Assembly (NCBI GenBank): GCA_964493715.1 | Contig: CAZBPC010000042.1 | Coordinates: forward strand, 1-27,083 | From: an uncultured archaeon | GTDB taxonomy: Archaea > Asgardarchaeota > Lokiarchaeia > Sigyniarchaeales > SOKP01 | Length of the DNA: 27,083 nucleotides | Direction: 5' to 3' | Shown here: piece after piece, positions 17,612 through 25,665 of the stretch | Position numbering within the stretch: the first letter of the stretch is position 1 | How the letters are laid out: every line of letters begins with the position of its first letter | Position numbers and translations under genes: made by a program | Notes under the pieces: model-generated | What the model was told of the DNA's origin: nothing | The model's database searches: none | The model's input: the letters and a program-made list of their open reading frames with translations, nothing else

Positions 17612-18622
17612 TTAGTTCCATACAATTTGTGAGTTGTTACATTTCAAACAAGTAATTGCAACTCCTTTGTTTGGCATGTAAGATAATAATGTTCCACAAT
17701 ATTTACATTCGAGATCATACATTTGGTCAATTGATTCAATTCTTCCTTCAATTATCATTTGTGCTCCAAATTGACTTGCAATCTTAGAGAGAAGAGAGAT
17801 GAGGAGATGTGGATTTTTAGCTACTACGATCCATTCTACTTTGTTTTGGACGATTTGCCCAATTATTAATACTTCATCGCTTGAAACTAAATCGATGCCA
17901 AAATACCAAGCAATTCGATTTTTTTCATTTTTCGAAATTAGTTGAAAGTCTTGATCTTGGATGACTTGACATAAGTGGGTGAAGTAGAATTCGGGATCAA
18001 ATTGAAGATCTATCCCAAGCCCAATACTTTTAATAGCTCTTGAATTATTGGTAGATTTGGAGAATGGAGCGATATGGGAACTTGGTACGATTCTTCTCTC
18101 TATGGAAAAGGGACTAAACATGATTAGAATTGGTTTTGAATCCATTGCACGAACAAAATCTTTATTATTTACGAAAGTTACATAAGATCTGATTTCTCCC
18201 TCACGCTCAAGATCTAGTGGTGATAAAAATATATTTATTTGATGATAGGATTCTGGGCCTATTTCTTTAAATTGAATTCTTACCTGTTTATCTTCATCTT
18301 CTCCCATGTTGAGGGAATCTAATATCATGTTAGGAGGATCACTCCGAATAAGATCTAAAAACTCTGGAAATCTTATTTTAATTTTAACTTCTTTTATTGG
18401 CGCTTTACTTTGATTAGCGATTAATGAGGAATAACGATACATGCTTCCAAATGGTTTTAATTCATGGATAAGTTTGATTTTATCTTCTTGATCTATTTGT
18501 TCAAGGGAGATGACTTCTTTATGCAATCCTTTTGGGAGTTGCTCATCCCGAAATACAACAAGATCACTGATTTTTTTATCCTCATCAATGCTTTTCTTGC
18601 CGCTCATAAAATTTCTCGCCAT
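17612..18622 (-). CDS. Hypothetical protein: Ig-like sandwich, alpha/beta platform-like domain and C-terminal Zn ribbon
   Basis: 336-aa ORF; alternating beta-strand patterns; CKYC...CLKC at the C-terminus. Confidence 0.7.
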   Translation of the reverse strand: MARNFMSGKKSIDEDKKISDLVVFRDEQLPKGLHKEVISLEQIDQEDKIKLIHELKPFGSMYRYSSLIANQSKAPIKEVKIKIRFPEFLDLIRSDPPNMILDSLNMGEDEDKQVRIQFKEIGPESYHQINIFLSPLDLEREGEIRSYVTFVNNKDFVRAMDSKPILIMFSPFSIERRIVPSSHIAPFSKSTNNSRAIKSIGLGIDLQFDPEFYFTHLCQVIQDQDFQLISKNEKNRIAWYFGIDLVSSDEVLIIGQIVQNKVEWIVVAKNPHLLISLLSKIASQFGAQMIIEGRIESIDQMYDLECKYCGTLLSYMPNKGVAITCLKCNNSQIVWN

Positions 18623-18727
18623 TAACGCAAATATTCGATTTTTATCGATATAATATTGATATGAATGTTTTGATTTTTAATTTTTTATTTTATATCATGT
18701 TTTTTTATAAATGATCACTAATAATAT

Positions 18728-19438
18728 GTGATGGAAATGCAAATTTTGAAAGATTTGGATGCAATGTTTGAAAGTGATACCATAAAACCAACTTTTGAGT
18801 ATGCTCACATCTTACTTTCTTTAATAATATTTGAAAATCATCCACTTGGAATTGGTAGATATCGTTTAAAAAAAGAATTGCTCATAGGCATGGGAACAGC
18901 AAGATCATTAATCTCTCGATTGAAGGATAAAGTTGATTTCATTAAGGTCTCGAAGGGAAAGAACCAAAATAATCAACCTAAAAATCGATTAGGGCATATC
19001 TTGACGGAAAAAGGAATGAAATATCTTGAACGGTTTAAGAAGAAAGTGCCCCTATTAAAAGAGGGTGATTTAAACATATTAAAAGAAATTATTATAGAAG
19101 CAGAGAGGAATTACCCTTTCATTTGTGTTGTTAAACAAGGAGACTCTAAAATTAAGTATGGTATGGAACAACGTGATGCTGCAATCAAGGTTAACGGTTC
19201 AGGAGCTACTTGTCTTGTCTATAATGGTAACCATTTTGTATTTCCTGTGTCTACAAGTGTTGAAAATCAAGGTTTAAAGGAGAAAGCAAATAAAAAGATA
19301 GAAGAATATTTTAAAAATCTAATTTTTACAGCAAACAACACTTTAGAAAAAGGAGACGTGTTTATTATCGGATTAGGAGATGAACCTAAAATAGCGAGAT
19401 TAGCTTCTTTAAGTGCTGCACTTACATTAATTCAATGA
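18728..19438 (+). CDS. Archaeal wHTH protein, DUF4443/DUF2111-like
   Basis: IGRY.L...L.IG.GT.R.L..RL HTH, G..LT.KG wing and G.EQRD.AI...GSGAT C-terminal motif. Confidence 0.75.
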   Translation: MMEMQILKDLDAMFESDTIKPTFEYAHILLSLIIFENHPLGIGRYRLKKELLIGMGTARSLISRLKDKVDFIKVSKGKNQNNQPKNRLGHILTEKGMKYLERFKKKVPLLKEGDLNILKEIIIEAERNYPFICVVKQGDSKIKYGMEQRDAAIKVNGSGATCLVYNGNHFVFPVSTSVENQGLKEKANKKIEEYFKNLIFTANNTLEKGDVFIIGLGDEPKIARLASLSAALTLIQ

Positions 19439-19971
19439 TAGAAAGAGTCAAAAACATGAAGATACAGAATGACATAAAGTTGTTAGTAAATCCGGCGATC
19501 TTTGTAAAACTTGAAAAGTGCATAGAGAATGCTTTCCCAAATGAGGCGTGTGGTTTAATTTTTGGAGATATTTTAGAAGTACTAAATGAACAACAAGGAG
19601 ACGATTATTATTACCATTATATTTGCAGAAAGTTTCGTTGTATAACTCCGGATGAGAGTTCTTCAGTATCTTTTTTAATCGCAAATGAGGAGCTTTTACA
19701 TGAGATAATTTTAAACGAGACCCAAGCGAACTTTAATAATAATGAAATGAGATTAATCGGGATTTTCCATTCTCATCCAAAAGGAACAAGTCCTAGCTTT
19801 ACTGATATGGACCAAATGAAATATCTGGATTATTTCAGTTCAATCAAGCATATTTATGGAAATAAAGCATTTAGAAACTTAATTTGGGTTATCATGGATG
19901 CTGTTAATCATGATATGAATGGATATATCTATTTTGAGAGGGAGGTCCAACAAGTAAATATTTTAACATGA
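19435..19971 (+). CDS. JAB/MPN+/JAMM (M67) metalloprotease
   Basis: PNEACG and GIFHSHPKGTSPSFTD (E...HxH...SxxD); ATGA overlap with the upstream stop. Confidence 0.9.
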   Translation: MIERVKNMKIQNDIKLLVNPAIFVKLEKCIENAFPNEACGLIFGDILEVLNEQQGDDYYYHYICRKFRCITPDESSSVSFLIANEELLHEIILNETQANFNNNEMRLIGIFHSHPKGTSPSFTDMDQMKYLDYFSSIKHIYGNKAFRNLIWVIMDAVNHDMNGYIYFEREVQQVNILT

Positions 19972-19988
19972 AAAAATTAGAATAAATT

Positions 19989-20630
19989 TTATTGCACTTG
20001 CGTATAACCGTTTTTATCAATCGTGCAGATTTGAATTTTATGCCCTGAGGCAGAGTCTCTTTCTTTTGAACTTAAAATAGCTGTTTTAATCAAGTCAATT
20101 CCTTGGGCTTTTGTAAGATCAACTTTCCAATCTGCTTCCAAAACACCAAGAGAAAAAGGGGAGCCACTTCCAAATGATATGAATTTGTCCTCCTCATAAA
20201 ATGTACCGAGTAAATCGATCCCATATAGTTCGCCTTTATTCTTCTTCAAAGAAAAACCCCCAACTATCATCATCGCAAGGTAATATGAACGGCCACTAAA
20301 CAATATATTTCGGGTCACGTTAGCAATATATCTGGGTTCAGGGATAGTTTCTTCTTCAACTTGTTTAAGCATGGAAAAAGATTTTAATTGATTAACAATA
20401 TATTGGCAGTCTGCAACTCCTCCTGAAATCGTAGCACACGTAAAATCATTTATTTGAAATAGTTTTTGAGCCGTTTTAGAAGCTACTGTATACCCCGCTG
20501 TGGCTTGGCTTTCTGTTCCTACAACAACAGCATCTTTAACTATAATTCCAACAGTGGTTGTACCGGTTTTAATTACATTTTGTATGGTTTCTTCATCAAC
20601 ATTCAGATTCTTTGAAATTTTTTCAATCAT
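19989..20630 (-). CDS. psmB: 20S proteasome beta subunit
   Basis: 23-aa propeptide ending KTG|TTTVG; Thr1, Glu17 and Lys33 in register; GSGS and RDSASG motifs. Confidence 0.95.
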   Translation of the reverse strand: MIEKISKNLNVDEETIQNVIKTGTTTVGIIVKDAVVVGTESQATAGYTVASKTAQKLFQINDFTCATISGGVADCQYIVNQLKSFSMLKQVEEETIPEPRYIANVTRNILFSGRSYYLAMMIVGGFSLKKNKGELYGIDLLGTFYEEDKFISFGSGSPFSLGVLEADWKVDLTKAQGIDLIKTAILSSKERDSASGHKIQICTIDKNGYTQVQ

Positions 20631-20813
20631 TCTTCTAAACAGATCTTTATCATGTAAATAGATATCAATTATTAAGTTAATAAATTAAGTTCTCTATATT
20701 TATTTTTCTTTTAAAAATTATAAATAAAAAGCCGTTTCATTAAACAGCAAAATTTTAAAGAAATCACATATTATCATTTATATATTATTTGAATACATAA
20801 GTGTTATTTCATC

Positions 20814-21194
20814 ATGGCCAGATCACAAGCTCGCTCACGAAGAAAATTTACCGGAAGAAAATATAAGCAGTTTCATAAAAAAAGGAAAAGAGAACTCGAA
20901 CGACCTTCGATTGAAACTGAAATTGGAGAAGAAAAAAAGAAAAAACAAAGAACCATGGGAGGAAATCATAAACTCAAGTTATTCTCAACCTCTTATATCA
21001 ATGTCACGAATTTAAAGTCTAATAAAACCTCAAAGGTCAAGATTTTGAAATTTGATACCAATGAATCTTCGAAAGATTTAAATCGGCGCCATATTATTAC
21101 CAAAGGAGCAATAGTGGATACGGAGATCGGCAAAGCTAAGGTAACCAGTAGACCAGGACAACACGGCGTGATGAATGGAGTATTAATTCAATAA
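20814..21194 (+). CDS. rps8e: 30S ribosomal protein S8e (eS8)
   Basis: R..TG.K, KRK.EL.R, R..GGN.K, RR.IITKGA...T..G.A.VTSRPGQ.G. Confidence 0.97.
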   Translation: MARSQARSRRKFTGRKYKQFHKKRKRELERPSIETEIGEEKKKKQRTMGGNHKLKLFSTSYINVTNLKSNKTSKVKILKFDTNESSKDLNRRHIITKGAIVDTEIGKAKVTSRPGQHGVMNGVLIQ

Positions 21195-21246
21195 ATCATC
21201 TCATTATTTCTCAATTTGTCCTAGTTTCTAATTATTACTAATTAAT

Positions 21247-21963
21247 CTAAATCTTTGATCGATAGTAGATCATCCCATCTAACATGTTTTCAATAGGATA
21301 CTCTTTTAAATTTTGGATCGAAAGCCACCATAGGTCATTTTCCCATTCAATTTTATCACTGTCGATCATTCTTTTAGAATCAAATATTGTGGAATCATCC
21401 ATTACTACTGATAGTAAGAAAGTAACGGATATATTATTCCAACCTGTCAAAACTGCAACAAGATTTTGATCTTTTTGATAATTCAACAATGCTTCTTCAT
21501 ATACTTCTCTCATTAATGAAATTTTGGGAGACGTGGTTAAATCCTTTTTTTCTAACATTCCTCCTGGAATTGTTAATGCCCCGGGATAATATTCGTGAGT
21601 CAAAGCTCTTTCCCCTACTAAAATATAATCTTTATTTGGAGAAAAAATTAAACATTGAATACCTAACATCCCAATACCTCTATCAACGGGTATTTTTTTT
21701 CGTGCCATATATATAACTGTTGAAAATTTTATCGTTCCCACGTGTAATATCAATCTCCCATTCTCAAACTTAAAATCGTGGAGATATATTAAAGTTCCAT
21801 CATAATCAGTTGGATGCTTCTTGGTATGAGTCTCCCAATATTCTATTCTTTTCACATCTAAATCTGATTTAAGTTTATATTCTGGATAATTTGTTAGTCC
21901 CCAAGAAATTAAATTAAGGTCAAGAAACCCTTCCCAAATAATTTTAATTTCTCTCATTTTCAA
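21247..21963 (-). CDS. NUDIX hydrolase with N-terminal extension
   Basis: PGG.LE........LMREVYEEA Nudix box. Confidence 0.8.
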   Translation of the reverse strand: MKMREIKIIWEGFLDLNLISWGLTNYPEYKLKSDLDVKRIEYWETHTKKHPTDYDGTLIYLHDFKFENGRLILHVGTIKFSTVIYMARKKIPVDRGIGMLGIQCLIFSPNKDYILVGERALTHEYYPGALTIPGGMLEKKDLTTSPKISLMREVYEEALLNYQKDQNLVAVLTGWNNISVTFLLSVVMDDSTIFDSKRMIDSDKIEWENDLWWLSIQNLKEYPIENMLDGMIYYRSKI

Positions 21964-22016
21964 TTATGTTAATATATTTATTTGATTCATGAGAGATAAC
22001 AATGAAAATATTAGGA

Positions 22017-22388
22017 TCATTCTTGAATTTTTATATTTTTAACATTAGCTTTTTTTCCATCGATTATTTCTGTATTTTTGCTTTCACAATGCTTGCATTG
22101 AAATAATTGGAGCCCCGTCAGATATGACTCCTCACTAAGAGAAACAGTGGAAATTTTTCCGCATTCCCTGCATTTTATATGTCCGGGGATAACTTCAATA
22201 ACTAATTCTGCACCTTCGGCTATCGACCCCGTGGTCGCCATTTTAAAAGATTGTTTCAATAATTCAGGAACAATCAACGTTAATTCCCCAATTTCAAGGT
22301 AAACTTCGGTGATTTTATTCGAATTGTATTTCAATGCTGTAGCTTCAGCTACTTTAAAGATCTGATAGGCAAATGAGAATTCATGCAT
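22017..22388 (-). CDS. hypA: Hydrogenase maturation nickel metallochaperone HypA
   Basis: N-terminal MHE, IGELT, CREC and CKHC zinc motifs. Confidence 0.95.
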   Translation of the reverse strand: MHEFSFAYQIFKVAEATALKYNSNKITEVYLEIGELTLIVPELLKQSFKMATTGSIAEGAELVIEVIPGHIKCRECGKISTVSLSEESYLTGLQLFQCKHCESKNTEIIDGKKANVKNIKIQE

Positions 22389-22397
22389 AATTAAAAA

Positions 22398-22694
22398 TTA
22401 ATTTTTTGATTGGGTTTTTTTTAGTTCTTTTGCGATTTCTGTCAATACAATTGATTTCTTTTTCCCTTTCGTATCTACTAAAATTCTTCCAGGATCATCC
22501 CACCACGTCTTAGGATACTTATAATTAGTTTCTAATTGAGTAATATATCCTAATTTACGTACGGATGCATGTAAATCTTTTACATTTACACGATCAATTG
22601 CATATTTTATAGGTACGCGCCTTCCTTGAGCTCGCGTTCTTTTGATATCAAAATATTGTGGCCAAAAGATAATAAAAGGTTTTCGAGCACGCAT
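22398..22694 (-). CDS. srp19: Signal recognition particle protein SRP19
   Basis: I.WP.YFD....R..GRRVP, YP..WW...GR..V and K...L..IA motifs. Confidence 0.95.
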   Translation of the reverse strand: MRARKPFIIFWPQYFDIKRTRAQGRRVPIKYAIDRVNVKDLHASVRKLGYITQLETNYKYPKTWWDDPGRILVDTKGKKKSIVLTEIAKELKKTQSKN

Positions 22695-22881
22695 ATATTT
22701 TATCCTATATTTCTTAAATTTATTAAGAATAAAAACCCTTGAACTAATTTAAAAATTATTAGAATGAGTAATAAGATAATTAAAAATAAATACAATTTAG
22801 AATTTCATAAGATACCACCGTTATAATGCAAGATAAATTTGTTTAAAATGAATTTTCTTAACCCATTCTTATATATCTACT

Positions 22882-22985
22882 GGGAGGGTGGTCTAGCTTG
22901 GTATGATACAATTACTCAAGTATCTTGAGCCATATTGAATTGGCTGGGGGCCAAGTGGCCGGGGGTTCGAATCCCTCCCCTCCCA
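22882..22985 (+). tRNA. tRNA-Pro(GGG) with a 30-nt intron (22910-22939) at position 27/28; CCA not encoded
   Basis: Acceptor stem GGGAGGG/CCCTCCC plus discriminator A; D-arm GTCT..TGAT; after removing the intron the anticodon arm is CTTGG-CTGGGGG-CCAAG; T-arm GGGGG-TTCGAAT-CCCTC. Confidence 0.92.
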
Positions 22986-23096
22986 TCTTATCATATCTAA
23001 GGATTTAATTTAAAAATTCCATATTTGGAGGACTTAGAAGTAATTTGAAGCAATATTAATTTGGACTATATAAAAATTGTAAATAAAGTAGAAATT

Positions 23097-23315
23097 TTAT
23101 GGGATTAGTGTCAAATCGTCAGTATCGTCTTTATCTTCCGTAAACACATCGACAATGCCTTCCAATTCCTCATTTGCCAAGATATCTTCATCTTCTAAGA
23201 TATTTAAAAACTTCTTGTCGAAGGTAAGCTTGCAACTGAAACAAAAAACACTTTTATTATGCTCTTTCACTTGGAAAGACTGGCAGCGAGGGCAGTGATA
23301 ATATGTGGGCATCAT
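23097..23315 (-). CDS. Small zinc-ribbon protein with acidic tail
   Basis: CPRC...CFSC followed by a D/E-rich C-terminus. Confidence 0.7.
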   Translation of the reverse strand: MMPTYYHCPRCQSFQVKEHNKSVFCFSCKLTFDKKFLNILEDEDILANEELEGIVDVFTEDKDDTDDLTLIP

Positions 23316-23669
23316 ATAATCATCTCTTTTTTAAGTTTGTTTGGTTAATAATATTATCTGAGGATGTCTATAAGTAATTTCAATTATCAAATTTTTATCA
23401 GACTCTTAGACTCATCTTAAACTTTATCTTTAAGACAATTATGTATCAGGAATGAACTATTTAAACCCATTTTGTTTGATTTACATTTAAAAAAAAATAA
23501 AATGGAATTTTAAATAATTTTAGATTAAAAAATTCTTACCTCTCCTCCTATTTAATGAAAAATTTTATGTATATTCTAATTTCTATAAGGTTAATAAGTA
23601 CTTAGAAAAAGTTTTTTATTTTAAAGTGAATTATCATATTCAAAATTTTAATACTAAAGAGGTTAAACA

Positions 23670-24314
23670 ATGCTATTTTTACACAATCCTCAAGCGACTC
23701 AAGATGCATTGAATATATTAAGAAGTGGAGATCTTTTTGATTTAAACGTTATTTTCATGTTTGTAGTTGTACTTTATATTTATTTCAATGAAATTAATAA
23801 GAAAAATTGGGGAGCGGTCGCTGCAGGTTTGTCGTTATATACAATTCATTGGTTTGTTGAAATAATCAATAGTTTAGTTCAAACCTTTTCGGGTCATGCA
23901 CTGTGGACTGTTCCTGCAGGAACATCCTATTTAATTTTGATTGGATTAGGTATAGAATTAAATTTAATGTTTGCTATCGCTGGAATCGTTCAAAGTAAAT
24001 TATTACCAGAAGATCCAAAAGAATTAATGTTCTCAATTGGGAGAATTGCTGTTCCTAAGCCGCTTGCTATTGCGATTGGAAATGCGTTACTAGCATCCAT
24101 AATAGAAATACTCCTCATATTTACCCGATCATTTGTATGGGTATGGGAATGGTGGAATGCTATCACCGTATTTATCTTTGTATATATTCCTTTCTTTGTA
24201 GTTTCTGCTTATTCGTTTTATTGGGAACCGAAAAAACAGAAGTCATTTATAATTACCATGGCAATTATTGATCTAGCATTAGTAATTATCTTTGGAAGCT
24301 TAAATATGATTTAA
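23670..24314 (+). CDS. Hypothetical multi-pass membrane protein
   Basis: 214 aa, about 6 hydrophobic helices, AGAGGT RBS-like sequence upstream, T-tract downstream. Confidence 0.75.
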   Translation: MLFLHNPQATQDALNILRSGDLFDLNVIFMFVVVLYIYFNEINKKNWGAVAAGLSLYTIHWFVEIINSLVQTFSGHALWTVPAGTSYLILIGLGIELNLMFAIAGIVQSKLLPEDPKELMFSIGRIAVPKPLAIAIGNALLASIIEILLIFTRSFVWVWEWWNAITVFIFVYIPFFVVSAYSFYWEPKKQKSFIITMAIIDLALVIIFGSLNMI

Positions 24315-24441
24315 ATAACGTTATATTTTCTTTTTCTTTTTCCTTTTAAACGACGAAAATTATTTGGTTTTTAGTATAAATATTTATATTTGAATGACCT
24401 ATTTTAATATGATATTTACCAAGAAAGGAGATTGATCCGAA

Positions 24442-24741
24442 TTGAGCGAAGCGGAAGCAGCAGATAAGGGCATGCGTGTATTAGCAGTAGTTGGTGGTTT
24501 TGTGGCGATTATAGAAGCAGTATTGCAATTTATGAACCAAGGTTTAATGCCTTATGGGTTTGGTATTATGGGAGCAATAATTTCTTTAGTATTTGCTATT
24601 ATAGCTATTGCGTTAGGCATTAAGCCAATAAGTTCTACCCCTTTCATTTTAGCAATAGCAGGTATCCTTTTAATAGTATTTGCGAGCTTGATTGGAGGAA
24701 TAATAGTACTTCTTGCCACATTTATAGGATTTATCAGTTAA
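24442..24741 (+). CDS. Small hydrophobic membrane protein (3-4 TM)
   Basis: AGGAG upstream of a TTG start; Gly/Ala/Ile-rich helices; T-tract downstream. Confidence 0.7.
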   Translation: MSEAEAADKGMRVLAVVGGFVAIIEAVLQFMNQGLMPYGFGIMGAIISLVFAIIAIALGIKPISSTPFILAIAGILLIVFASLIGGIIVLLATFIGFIS

Positions 24742-24782
24742 ATTAATGTATTCTTTTTTTTTATTTTCTCTTATGGAACCGA

Positions 24783-25643
24783 TTAAATAAGATTTGAAAA
24801 TAACGAGAGTGCAATTTTTATCGCCCCTATTATCTCAGATTCATTACCGGTTCTTGAAGTATCAATTATAATCTTTTCTAAACCTAAATATACAGCACCA
24901 TAAGCTTTACCGCCTCCCAGATGTACTAATGTTCGATAAATTAGATTTCCTGAGATCCCATCTGGAGCAAAAATCAGATTTGATTGATTCTCGATCGCTT
25001 TTTCAATTAGAATCTCATCATTAAAAATTTGAAGAGAGGAGTCTTTATTTCTAAAAAATGTTACTATTTTTTCAGTAGCTTCAAGAGATTTGTCAACAAT
25101 ATTGTCACGCCCTTTATCATCCTTTCTCCCTCCACTTAAGATGCTAATTTTTGGTTGTATTCCTACAAAATGGAAAAATTCTAACGCACTTTCGATGAAA
25201 TTAATCTTACTTTGGTAGCTTCTATATTCATCGATTCCTACAGGAGCAAAGAAAAATTGATATCCCTTAAAAGTTTCTAGTAAGGCCAAACGATTCAAAG
25301 TTGTCATTTGAAAAAGATTTTTGATATTTTCAAGAAATTTATTTGAACTTAAGCTGCCCCGTATAGCAGCATCAATCAATTCATCTTTCAAATATCTCAA
25401 CATTTCATTTTCTGGTACATCAGTCTTTATAAAATGAAATTTAGTTTTAATTTCATTCAATTCACCATTTTGAGCTATATCATTAAAATATTGTTCTCTG
25501 ATAAACATATAAATAATACTATCATATTCATTTTGAAAATTTTTAATTGCAGATATAATTTTGAGGTTTTGATCTTTAGATTTTCCTAATCCAATCCCAA
25601 TTTTTGTTTTCCTATTTTTTAGCATCGAGTTAAAGTATTCCAT
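24783..25643 (-). CDS. mtxX: Methanogenesis marker protein 4 / MtxX-like
   Basis: DAAIRGSLS, FF.APVGIDE, LSGGR..D.GR, ILIE.A, APDGISGNLIYRTL..LGGG..YGA and DTSR match the MtxX pattern as I recall it. Confidence 0.82.
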   Translation of the reverse strand: MEYFNSMLKNRKTKIGIGLGKSKDQNLKIISAIKNFQNEYDSIIYMFIREQYFNDIAQNGELNEIKTKFHFIKTDVPENEMLRYLKDELIDAAIRGSLSSNKFLENIKNLFQMTTLNRLALLETFKGYQFFFAPVGIDEYRSYQSKINFIESALEFFHFVGIQPKISILSGGRKDDKGRDNIVDKSLEATEKIVTFFRNKDSSLQIFNDEILIEKAIENQSNLIFAPDGISGNLIYRTLVHLGGGKAYGAVYLGLEKIIIDTSRTGNESEIIGAIKIALSLFSNLI

Positions 25644-25665
25644 AATAATACCCTAATTTGGAAGT

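Noticed and set aside
23535-23551. Strong SD-like TAGGAGGAGAGGTAAG on the minus strand
   Set aside because: No start codon or credible ORF at a usable distance downstream.
22986-24780. Integrated element at the tRNA-Pro 3' end
   Set aside because: No integrase and no duplicated tRNA 3' end seen in the window.
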